64,000 nucleotides of DNA from contig CBDCXM010000009.1 in the NCBI GenBank assembly GCA_965223855.1, positions 352,001 to 416,000 on the forward strand, in the 5' to 3' direction. Of the stretch, positions 56,292 to 64,000 are shown in pieces; within the stretch, counting starts at the first letter, position 1; each line of letters begins with the position of its first letter. The notes below the pieces were generated by a model. The model was not told the DNA's origin and did not search any database. It was given only the letters and a program-made list of their open reading frames with translations. The stretch comes from Candidatus Multivoradales bacterium (GTDB lineage: Bacteria > Acidobacteriota > Thermoanaerobaculia > Multivoradales > JAHEKO01). The position numbers were made by a program, and so were the translations under genes.

Positions 56292-57393
56292 ACCGATCGC
56301 CGCCACGATCGTGCTGCTCGCCGCAGGGGCGTCCCGGGCAACCGCGGCCGACTGGCCGCTCTTCCGCGGCGACTCCGCCCTCACCGGCGTGGCTCGCGAG
56401 GTGCTCGCTCCGCCGCTCGACGTCGTGTGGAGCTTCACCATCGACGAAGGCTCGGAGTCGAGCCCGGCGATCGCCGGCGACCGCGTGTTCGTCGCCGGTC
56501 TCGACGGCGTGCTCCGCGCCCTCTCTCTGGCCGACGGGACCGAGCTGTGGAGCTACGCCACCGAGGACGAGATCAAGTCGTCGCCGTCGGTCTTCGGCGA
56601 CACGGTCTACATCGGCGACGAGGGGGGCGTCTTCCACGCCGTCGACGCCACCAACGGTGAGAAGCGGTGGAGCTACGCCACCGACGGCGGTGTGATCTCG
56701 TCGGCCAACCAGGTCGGCGACGTCGTGCTCTTCGGCTCCTACGACCAGTACCTCTACGCCCTCGATGCCGCGACGGGCGAACTCCGATGGCAGGTCGAGA
56801 CCGACGCCCAGGTGCATGCCACCCCGGCGGTTCACGACGGCCTCGCCTACATCGCCGGTTGCGACGGCCAGTTCCGGGGCATCCGGCTGGCCGACGGCGA
56901 GCAGGCGACGACCATCGGTCTCGGCGGCTACGTCGCCGCCAGCCCGGCGATTCTCGGCGAGCGCGCCTTCGTCGGCAGCTTCGAGAACGAGGTGCTGGGA
57001 CTCGACCTCGGAACCTCCGAAGTCGTCTGGCGTTACCGCCACCCCGACAAGAGCTTCCCCTACTACGCCTCGCCGGCGATCACCGACGAAGTGGTCGTCA
57101 TCGGCGGCCGGGACAAGTTCGTTCACGCCATCGACCCCAAGAGCGGCGAAGCGCGCTGGACCGTCGCCATGCGGGCCCGGATCGACGTCTCGCCGGTGAT
57201 CTCGGGCGAGTTGGTCTACGTTGGCGACAAGTCAGGCGACCTGCTGGCGCTGTCGCTCGCCGACGGCGGTGAAGTGTGGCGCTTCGAGACCGGCGAGGCG
57301 CTCGGCACCTCACCGGCGCTCGCAGACGGTAGGCTGGTGGTCGTGACTCTCGACGGAACCGTCCTCGCTTTCGCACGTAAGAAGACACCATGA
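56275..57393 (+). CDS. Secreted PQQ-binding-like (BamB-type) beta-propeller protein
   Basis: ATG 56275, signal peptide, DWPLFRGD, about 8 regular SSP....G.VY.G..DG..YALD..TG...W blades. Confidence 0.9.
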   Translation: MNRFSRPIAATIVLLAAGASRATAADWPLFRGDSALTGVAREVLAPPLDVVWSFTIDEGSESSPAIAGDRVFVAGLDGVLRALSLADGTELWSYATEDEIKSSPSVFGDTVYIGDEGGVFHAVDATNGEKRWSYATDGGVISSANQVGDVVLFGSYDQYLYALDAATGELRWQVETDAQVHATPAVHDGLAYIAGCDGQFRGIRLADGEQATTIGLGGYVAASPAILGERAFVGSFENEVLGLDLGTSEVVWRYRHPDKSFPYYASPAITDEVVVIGGRDKFVHAIDPKSGEARWTVAMRARIDVSPVISGELVYVGDKSGDLLALSLADGGEVWRFETGEALGTSPALADGRLVVVTLDGTVLAFARKKTP

Positions 57394-58724
57394 CCGAGCC
57401 CGAACCGGCAACCGCCGGCACCCCCTCCGCAGAGACCGAAGTCGGCAGCGTCTTCGTCTCCAACTACCCGCCGTACTCGGCGTGGAGCCGCGACCACCTG
57501 CCGGAGCTCGACAGGGTGCTGGCCGCTCCGCCCCGGCCCGACACGCCGCTCGGCCTCTACCTCCACATCCCGTTCTGCCGCAAGCGCTGCAAGTTCTGCT
57601 ACTTCCGGGTCTACACCGACAAGAACTTCAACGAGATCGGCGCCTACGTCGACGCCCTGGCGCGCGAGATCGAGCTCTACGCGCCGTCTCCGGCGATCGC
57701 CGGGCGCAAGCCGAAGTTCGTCTACTTCGGCGGCGGCACACCCTCCTACATCAGCGCCAAGCAGCTGGTCGCTCTGGTCGAGCGGGCCCAGCGCGCGATT
57801 CCCTGGGACGAGGCCGAGGAGGTGTCGTTCGAATGCGAGCCGGGGACCCTCTCCGAGGGCAAGGTCGAAACGCTCAAGGAGATCGGCGTCACTCGACTGT
57901 CGCTGGGCATCGAGAACTTCGACGACGAGATCCTGCGCGAGAACGGCCGAGCGCACCTGTCGCACGAGATCGACCGCTGCCTGCCGTGGATCGCCGCGGC
58001 CGACTTCGACCAGCTCAACATCGATCTGATCGCCGGCATGGTCGGCGAGCGCTGGGAGACCTGGCGCGAGACGGTCGCCCGCACCGTCGATCTCTCACCC
58101 GACAGCGTGACCATCTACCAGATGGAACTGCCGTTCAACACCCGCTACTCCGGACGCCTCCTCGAGGAGGGGACGCTCGACGTGCCGCTCGCCACCTGGG
58201 ACGACAAGCGGGCGTGGCACGACTTCGCGATCGAGGAGCTCATCAAGGCGGGCTACGAGATCTCCTCCGGCTACACGATGGTGAAGTCGAAGGCGCGCAC
58301 CCGCTTCGTCTACCGGGACTCGGTGTGGGAGGGGTGCGACCTGCTCGGCACCGGCGTCGCCTCGTTCTCGCACCTCTCGGGCGTGCACTTCCAGAATCTC
58401 GACGGCTGGGGGGAGTACCTCGCCACCGTCGGCGAAGACCGCCTGCCGCTCGGCCGCGCGCTGCCGACGACCGAGCGCGACCGGCTGGTGCGCGAGACGA
58501 TCCTGCAGCTCAAGCGCGGCCGGCTCGAGACGGCGCCGCTCGAAGCGAAGTTCGGGGTTTCGATCGCCGAGACGTTCGCCGAGCCGCTCGCAAAGCTCGC
58601 CGCGGACGAGATGCTCCAGGTCCACGACGGCGCCATCGAGCTGACCCGCAGGGGGCTCTTGCGCGTCGACTCTCTCCTTCCCGCTTTCTACGACGACTCC
58701 CATCGGGGACGTCGCTACACCTAG
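57390..58724 (+). CDS. HemN-like radical SAM enzyme (class C methyltransferase / coproporphyrinogen oxidase family)
   Basis: YLHIPFCRKRCKFCYF, YFGGGTPS, RLSLGIE, NIDLIAG. N-terminal FVSNYPP. HemN C-terminal domain. Confidence 0.88.
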   Translation: MTEPEPATAGTPSAETEVGSVFVSNYPPYSAWSRDHLPELDRVLAAPPRPDTPLGLYLHIPFCRKRCKFCYFRVYTDKNFNEIGAYVDALAREIELYAPSPAIAGRKPKFVYFGGGTPSYISAKQLVALVERAQRAIPWDEAEEVSFECEPGTLSEGKVETLKEIGVTRLSLGIENFDDEILRENGRAHLSHEIDRCLPWIAAADFDQLNIDLIAGMVGERWETWRETVARTVDLSPDSVTIYQMELPFNTRYSGRLLEEGTLDVPLATWDDKRAWHDFAIEELIKAGYEISSGYTMVKSKARTRFVYRDSVWEGCDLLGTGVASFSHLSGVHFQNLDGWGEYLATVGEDRLPLGRALPTTERDRLVRETILQLKRGRLETAPLEAKFGVSIAETFAEPLAKLAADEMLQVHDGAIELTRRGLLRVDSLLPAFYDDSHRGRRYT

Positions 58725-58734
58725 AGGACTTCAC

Positions 58735-60849
58735 ATGCACCACTTCCTTCTCGCGCCGCGGCGCGGAACGCTCTACCTCTTCGCGCCGATCCTCCTGGCC
58801 GCGCTGTCGATCTCTCCCGGTCTCTCCGCTCAGGAGGCCGATGCCGACGACGAGGACACGTCAACGGTCGAAGAGACGATCGACGTCACCGACTCGCTCC
58901 CCTTCCTGCCGACCTCGAACACCGTCGCCTCGAAACTGCCGACCGAGCTGACCTGGACGCCGGCCAACATCGGCGCCGTCAGCGGCACGCTCTTCGAGCA
59001 GCAGGGCGCCGACGTGCTCGGCGACGCGCTCGCCAACGTCAGCGGCGTCAACGTCCAGACCGGCTCCGGAGTGTTCGACTACTTCGTCCTGCGCGGCTTC
59101 GATTCGCTCACCAGCGGGCTGATCCTCACCGACGGCGCGATCGAGCCGGAGACGACCTTCTACCAGCTCTACGACGTCGAGCGGGTGGAGGTGTTCAAGG
59201 GGCCGGCCGGCTTCCTGTACGGCAGCAACCCGCTGGCGGGAGTCGTCAATCTGGTGCGCAAGCGCCCCGTGCCGCATCGGTTCGCCAACTTCGCCGTCGA
59301 GGGCGGCAGCTTCGGCTCTCGCGAGGCGTCGATCGACTTCAACCACGGCAGCGACGAGGGGGCGACCCGATTCCGCCTCAACGGCCTGTGGCGCGAGAGC
59401 GACGGCTACCGCGACGGCCGCGATCGTGAGGTGGTGGCGATTCACCCGACGCTCAGCTGGCGGCCCGACGACCGCCAGCAACTGACCTTCAGCTTCGAGA
59501 GCCTCGACTCCGACTACCGCCCCGACGCCGGGTTGCCGCTCCTCGACAACCAGCTGCCCGACGTTCCACGCGAGCGCTCCTACGCCTCGCCGTTCGACCT
59601 CTCGACGCAACAGGTGACGCGCGGCCAGGTCGACTACGACCGGCAGCTCGACGAGCGCTGGTCGCTGCGCGACAAGCTTTACTACCGCGAGCTCGACTGG
59701 CAGACCCGTGGCACGCTCATCAACGGCGTCCTCGACCTCGGCTTCGGCGATCCGTTCGTCTTCCGCACCCTCTTCGACCTCGACGACCGGCAGACCTTCG
59801 TCGGCAATCAGTTCGAGGTGCTCTTCGCGAGCGAGCGCCATCAGCTGATGGCCGGCGTCGAGATCGGCGACTACGCCGACGACTACACCCTCGACGCCTC
59901 GTTCCTCGACCCGATCGGGCTCTTCATGCCGATCGAGAATCCGGGCGGCGTCCCGATCCCGATCCCGGGCCAGGCGATGAGCGGCGACACCGAGACCCGT
60001 GTCATCGCCCCCTACGTCGTCGATCAGATCCAACTCTCCGACCGCGCCCGACTGACCGTCGGCGCGCGCTTCGACTCGATCGAGTTCGAGGACACGGTCA
60101 GCGGCACCAGCCGCAGCGACGGCGAGCTGAGCCCGCTCCTCGGACTGGTCGTCGCCACCGGCGACGAGTCGTCGATCTACGCCAACGCCGCGCGCTCCTT
60201 CTCGCCCGCCTCGCCGCGGGTGATCGGCGACCGGGAGCCCGAGGAGGGGACGCAGTTCGAACTCGGCTTCCGCCATCACTTCGCCGGCGGCAGGGTTCGA
60301 ACCGTCGTCGCCGCCTATCAGCTCGAACGCGAGAACATCGCCATCCCCGACGACAACGGCTTCACCCAGCAGGCGGGCGATCAGCGCTCCCAGGGGATCG
60401 AGGCGGAGTTCGGCGGCGACTTCGGCTGTGGCATCAACGGCACGTTCTCCTATGCCTACACCGACGCCGAGCTGACCCGGTTCAGCGAGGCGATCTTCCT
60501 CCCGGAGCCGCCGTTCGTGCTCGTTCTCGACCGATCCGGCAACCGTCCGGCGTTTTCGCCCGAACATATGTTCAGCGGCTGGTTGAGCCGCAGGTTCGCC
60601 GGCAACTGGACCGTCGCCGGCGGCGTGCGCTGGCTCGACGACCAGTTCATCGCCGAGGACAACGCGGCGGTGATCGACTCCCACACGGTGGTCGACGCGA
60701 TGGTGGCCTACGACTTCGACCGCTGGAGGATCGCGCTGGACCTCGACAACCTGACCGACGAAACCTACGAGACCCGCGGTTTCGGCTCCTTCTCGGTAAT
60801 CCCGGCGGAGCCGTTCTCCGCGAGCGTGAGGGTCGAGCTCCGGCGCTGA
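58735..60849 (+). CDS. TonB-dependent outer-membrane receptor (siderophore-receptor-like)
   Basis: TonB box ETIDVT, plug LRGF...ERVEVFKGPAGFLYG..GGVVNLV-type motif, NLTDETY. Confidence 0.92.
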   Translation: MHHFLLAPRRGTLYLFAPILLAALSISPGLSAQEADADDEDTSTVEETIDVTDSLPFLPTSNTVASKLPTELTWTPANIGAVSGTLFEQQGADVLGDALANVSGVNVQTGSGVFDYFVLRGFDSLTSGLILTDGAIEPETTFYQLYDVERVEVFKGPAGFLYGSNPLAGVVNLVRKRPVPHRFANFAVEGGSFGSREASIDFNHGSDEGATRFRLNGLWRESDGYRDGRDREVVAIHPTLSWRPDDRQQLTFSFESLDSDYRPDAGLPLLDNQLPDVPRERSYASPFDLSTQQVTRGQVDYDRQLDERWSLRDKLYYRELDWQTRGTLINGVLDLGFGDPFVFRTLFDLDDRQTFVGNQFEVLFASERHQLMAGVEIGDYADDYTLDASFLDPIGLFMPIENPGGVPIPIPGQAMSGDTETRVIAPYVVDQIQLSDRARLTVGARFDSIEFEDTVSGTSRSDGELSPLLGLVVATGDESSIYANAARSFSPASPRVIGDREPEEGTQFELGFRHHFAGGRVRTVVAAYQLERENIAIPDDNGFTQQAGDQRSQGIEAEFGGDFGCGINGTFSYAYTDAELTRFSEAIFLPEPPFVLVLDRSGNRPAFSPEHMFSGWLSRRFAGNWTVAGGVRWLDDQFIAEDNAAVIDSHTVVDAMVAYDFDRWRIALDLDNLTDETYETRGFGSFSVIPAEPFSASVRVELRR

Positions 60850-60880
60850 TACGAGAACACGAGACACGAGTGAGATCGCC

Positions 60881-62119
60881 ATGAAGACGAACTACGACGC
60901 CGTCGTCATCGGCGGCGGCCCCGCGGGCTCGACCGCCGCCACCGTGCTGGCCCAGCACGGCCGCAGCGTCGCTCTCTACGAGCGCTCGGCGACCCCGCAA
61001 TTCAAGGTCGGCGAGTCGCTGATGCCGGCGACCTACTGGATCTTCGAGCGCCTCGGCGTGCTCGACAAGGTGCGCGCGACCTCGTTCCCGCAGAAGCGCA
61101 GCGTCCAGTTCGTCAACTCCGACGGCGACGAGTCGAAGCCGTTCTACTTCCACGAGTTCCGCGACGAAGAGAGCTCGCAGACGTGGCAGGTGAAGCGCAG
61201 CGAGTTCGATGCGCTGCTCGTCGACAACGCGCGCGAGCACGGTGTCGATGTCGCCTGGGGAACGGCGGTGCGAGAGGTGCGCTTCGACGGCGAACGCGCC
61301 GTCGGCGTCACGATCGACCGCGACGGTGAGCCGATCGACGTCGATGCCGGCGTCGTGATCGACGCGAGCGGCCAGAGTGCGTTGATCTCGCGTCGCCTCG
61401 GCCTGCGCGAGTTCGAGCCGAACCTGCGCAACGTCGCCTACTACTCACACTTCGAGGGAGCGCGACTCGACGAGGGGATCGACGGCGGCGCGACGATCAT
61501 CTTCCGCACCTCCGACAGCAAGGCGTGGTTCTGGCTCATCCCGCAGCCGGACGGCATCGCCAGCGTCGGTGTCGTCGGCGGTGTCGATCACCTGGTCGAG
61601 GGACGCGGCGGCGATCCTCAGAAGGTGTTCGAGGAGGAGCTGACGCGTTGCCCGCGGCTCGCCGAGCGGCTGACCGAGGCTCGGCAGACGATGGAGATGA
61701 AGGCGATCCGCGACTTCTCCTACCACTCGCGCCACGCCGCGGGAGACGGCTGGGTGCTGGTCGGTGACGCCTTCGGCTTCATCGACCCGATCTACTCGAG
61801 CGGCGTCTTCCTGGCGATGAAGTCGGGCGAGATGGCCGCAGACGCGATCCAGGAGGCGCTCGCGGCCGACGACACCTCCGCCGCCCGGCTGGGAGCGTTC
61901 GAGAGCGAGCTGCGGCGCGGCACGGAGGCGCTTCGTCAGCTCGTCTACGCCTACTACGACCCGGACTTCTCCGTCGCCGAGTTCCTCGGCCGCTATCCGC
62001 GCTTCCGCAAGGACCTGACCGAGATGCTGATCGGCAACGTCTACCGGGTGCCGATCGACGACTTCGTCGCCGCCCTCGTCGAGCATCGCGAACACACCGC
62101 CGCCGGGGTCGCTTCTTGA
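60881..62119 (+). CDS. Flavin-dependent halogenase-family oxidoreductase
   Basis: GGGPAG, VGES, FPQK (candidate catalytic Lys), DASG, WFWLIP (WxWxIP), GDAFGFIDPIYSSGV. Confidence 0.8.
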   Translation: MKTNYDAVVIGGGPAGSTAATVLAQHGRSVALYERSATPQFKVGESLMPATYWIFERLGVLDKVRATSFPQKRSVQFVNSDGDESKPFYFHEFRDEESSQTWQVKRSEFDALLVDNAREHGVDVAWGTAVREVRFDGERAVGVTIDRDGEPIDVDAGVVIDASGQSALISRRLGLREFEPNLRNVAYYSHFEGARLDEGIDGGATIIFRTSDSKAWFWLIPQPDGIASVGVVGGVDHLVEGRGGDPQKVFEEELTRCPRLAERLTEARQTMEMKAIRDFSYHSRHAAGDGWVLVGDAFGFIDPIYSSGVFLAMKSGEMAADAIQEALAADDTSAARLGAFESELRRGTEALRQLVYAYYDPDFSVAEFLGRYPRFRKDLTEMLIGNVYRVPIDDFVAALVEHREHTAAGVAS

Positions 62120-62304
62120 GTCGCGGCCGCGGCCTCTGGATCGCGGCGATCGTGCTGGCGGTGCTGCGCGCCGACCTGTGGTGGTGGCACGAGCCGAGGC
62201 TCGTCCTCGGACTGCCGATCGGCCTCGCCTACCAGGTCGGCTTCTGTCTTCTCGCCGCCGGCGTCATGGCGCTGCTGGCGCGACGACTGCTGCCTGAAGC
62301 ATGA
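62116..62304 (+). CDS. Small 2-TM accessory protein of a solute:sodium symporter (DUF3311-like)
   Basis: 62 aa, DLWWW..P.LVLGLPIGLAY. Overlaps both neighbours by 4 bp. Confidence 0.75.
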   Translation: MSRGRGLWIAAIVLAVLRADLWWWHEPRLVLGLPIGLAYQVGFCLLAAGVMALLARRLLPEA

Positions 62305-63761
62305 CGCTGGCGATCATCGCCGGCTATCTGCTGCTCGTCCTCGGGGTCGGGTGGTGGAGCTCGCGCGCCTTCCGCGGCACGGGCGAGGACTACTTCGTCG
62401 CCACCCGCAGCATCGGCGCGTTACTGCTGCTGGCGTCGCTCTTCGGCACCAACATGACGTCGTTCTCGCTGCTCGGCGCCTCCGGCGAGGCCTACCGGCG
62501 CGGCATCGGAGTCTTCGGCCTCATGGCGTCTTCGACCGCGCTGGTGGCGCCGCTGGTGCTGCTCACCCTCGCTCCGCGCGCCTGGGAGCTCGGCCGCCGC
62601 AACGGCTATCGCACCCAGGTCGAGCTGGTGCGCGATCGCTGGGGGTCGGACACCCTGGGGACGGTGCTCTTCGCCTTTCAGGTGGTCCTGCTGGTGCCGT
62701 ATCTGATGATCGGCATCAAGGGGGGCGGCATCACCCTCGCGCAGATCACCGAGGGAACGGTGCCCGAGTGGGGAGGCTCGCTCGTGATGGTGCTGGTGGT
62801 GCTCGCCTACGTCACCATCGGCGGGCTGCGCGGCACCGCGTGGGCGAACGCGCTGCAGACGATCGTCTTCATGACCCTGGGCGCCCTCACGTTCGTGATC
62901 GTGGTGCACAACTTCGGCGGGCTCACCGCCGCCTTCCAGCGGGTCGCCGAGGCCGAGCCGGCCCTTCTGGTGCGCGGCGAGCGGATCACGCCGGCCGAGT
63001 TCCTCGGCTACCTGGCGGTGCCGCTGTCGGCGGTCGGGTTCCCGCACCTCTTCCTCCACTGGCTGACGGCACGCGATCGGGCGAGCTTCCGGCTGCCGGT
63101 GATCGCCTACCCGCTGTGCCTCGCCGCGGTGTGGCTGCCGAGCGTGTCGATCGGCGTCCTCGGGGCGGTCGACTTCCCCGGCCTCGAGGGGCCGCAGTCG
63201 AACTCGGTGCTGATCCTGATGATCGGCGAGCACGCGCCGGCGGTGCTGGCCGGCTTTCTCGCCGCCGGCGTGCTCGCCGCGGTGATGTCGTCGCTCGACT
63301 CACAGAGTCTCGCGCTCGCCAACATGTTCACGCGCGACGTCGTGAAACACTACCGGGGCGGCCTGAGCGACCGACTCGAGGTGCTCGCCGGCCGCGGTTT
63401 CGTGGTGCTGGTGCTGGCCGTGACCTTCGTGCTCTCCATCGTCGTCGACCGCAGTCTCTTCCGCCTCGGCGTGTGGTCGTTCAGCGGCTTCGCCGCGCTC
63501 ACCCCACTGATGGTGGGCGCGCTCTTCTGGCGTCGCTGCACCCTCGCCGGTGCCGCCGCCTCGCTCGCCGCCGCCATCGGCACCTGGAGCGTCTTCTTCG
63601 CCCAGGGCCACGACGTTCCCGGGTTCAAGGTCGCCGGAGTGCCGCCGGTGGTGATCGTCCTCGGCGCAGCGGCCGTCGCGCTCGTCGCCGGCTCGTGGAT
63701 CGGACGCACCGGAGACGAGCGCGTCGAGCGCTTCTTCCCGGCGGACGGAGATCAGGTTTGA
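62301..63761 (+). CDS. Sodium:solute symporter family protein
   Basis: DYFVATR, YVTIGGLRGTAW, AAVMSSLDS, about 13 TM. Confidence 0.93.
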   Translation: MTLAIIAGYLLLVLGVGWWSSRAFRGTGEDYFVATRSIGALLLLASLFGTNMTSFSLLGASGEAYRRGIGVFGLMASSTALVAPLVLLTLAPRAWELGRRNGYRTQVELVRDRWGSDTLGTVLFAFQVVLLVPYLMIGIKGGGITLAQITEGTVPEWGGSLVMVLVVLAYVTIGGLRGTAWANALQTIVFMTLGALTFVIVVHNFGGLTAAFQRVAEAEPALLVRGERITPAEFLGYLAVPLSAVGFPHLFLHWLTARDRASFRLPVIAYPLCLAAVWLPSVSIGVLGAVDFPGLEGPQSNSVLILMIGEHAPAVLAGFLAAGVLAAVMSSLDSQSLALANMFTRDVVKHYRGGLSDRLEVLAGRGFVVLVLAVTFVLSIVVDRSLFRLGVWSFSGFAALTPLMVGALFWRRCTLAGAAASLAAAIGTWSVFFAQGHDVPGFKVAGVPPVVIVLGAAAVALVAGSWIGRTGDERVERFFPADGDQV

Positions 63762-63774
63762 GGGGGGAGCGGGC

Positions 63775-64000
63775 ATGAGGATCGCCTACATCGCCGCCGG
63801 CGCCGGGGGGATGTACTGCGGCAGCTGCCTCCACGACAACGCGCTCGCCGCCGCCCTGCAGCGCGCGGGTCACGACGTGGCGCTCCTGCCGACCTACACG
63901 CCGCTCAAGACCGACGAAGCGAACGTCAGCGACGAGCGGGTCTTCTACGGTGCGCTCAACGTCTACCTGCAGCAGAAGTCGAAGCTCTTCCGCCGCACCC
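63775..64000 (+). CDS. Glycosyltransferase family 4 protein, 3'-partial (absent from ORF track)
   Basis: GGGGGAG RBS. Translates as MRIAYIAAGAGGMYCGSCLHDNALAAALQRAGHDVALLPTYTPL..., a GT-B N-terminus (LAxAL..xGHDV). Runs off the window. Confidence 0.8.
   Translation, partial: MRIAYIAAGAGGMYCGSCLHDNALAAALQRAGHDVALLPTYTPLKTDEANVSDERVFYGALNVYLQQKSKLFRRT

Noticed and set aside
57390-58724. Calling this gene hemN or hemW
   Set aside because: No heme-pathway context. It lies in a tailoring-enzyme operon, so the specific function is unassigned.
1-64000. CRISPR arrays, tRNA/rRNA genes, transposases, integrases
   Set aside because: No regularly spaced direct repeats, cloverleaf or rRNA signatures, or recombinase motifs were seen by eye. 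Small RNAs could have been missed.

Overview
High-GC (roughly 68-70% by eye) bacterial window. It is most consistent with an Acidobacteriota (Thermoanaerobaculia-like) or Planctomycete-like genome, inferred from a C-terminal IFEDGFESGDTSAWS motif, many BamB/PQQ-type propellers and a DWG-type kinase. In order it holds: tandem RND permeases; a G.U-rich 180-bp foldback element; a lower-GC patch (FG-GAP protein and a probably 5'-truncated BACON/P-domain gene); and argGH. Next is a 15.5-kb candidate novel system (9145-24606). One half is a cyclic-nucleotide/phospho-signalling set: a cNMP-fused Ser/Thr kinase, a CHASE2 class III cyclase with atypical base-specifying residues, an HD hydrolase with a probable CTG start, OmpA and FecR. 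It is divergently joined to a 7-gene, 23-heme porin-cytochrome operon ending in a cNMP-domain 4x[4Fe-4S] protein and an FHA protein, with no catalytic subunit. Then come an Mg2+/osmotic neighbourhood (MarR, 2x MgtC, 2x MscS, CorA) and orphan secreted proteins. Last is a second candidate system (37137-64000): five beta-propellers plus an adenylating enzyme, acyl reductase/ALDH, Fe-ADH, HemN-like radical SAM, TonB receptor, flavin halogenase, symporter and GT4. It is split by an AbiE toxin-antitoxin plus type III restriction-modification defence block whose promoter has two ACTAC-N9-GTAGT operators. No rRNA, tRNA, CRISPR array, integrase or transposase was seen. All calls are motif-based by eye; no database searches were run.
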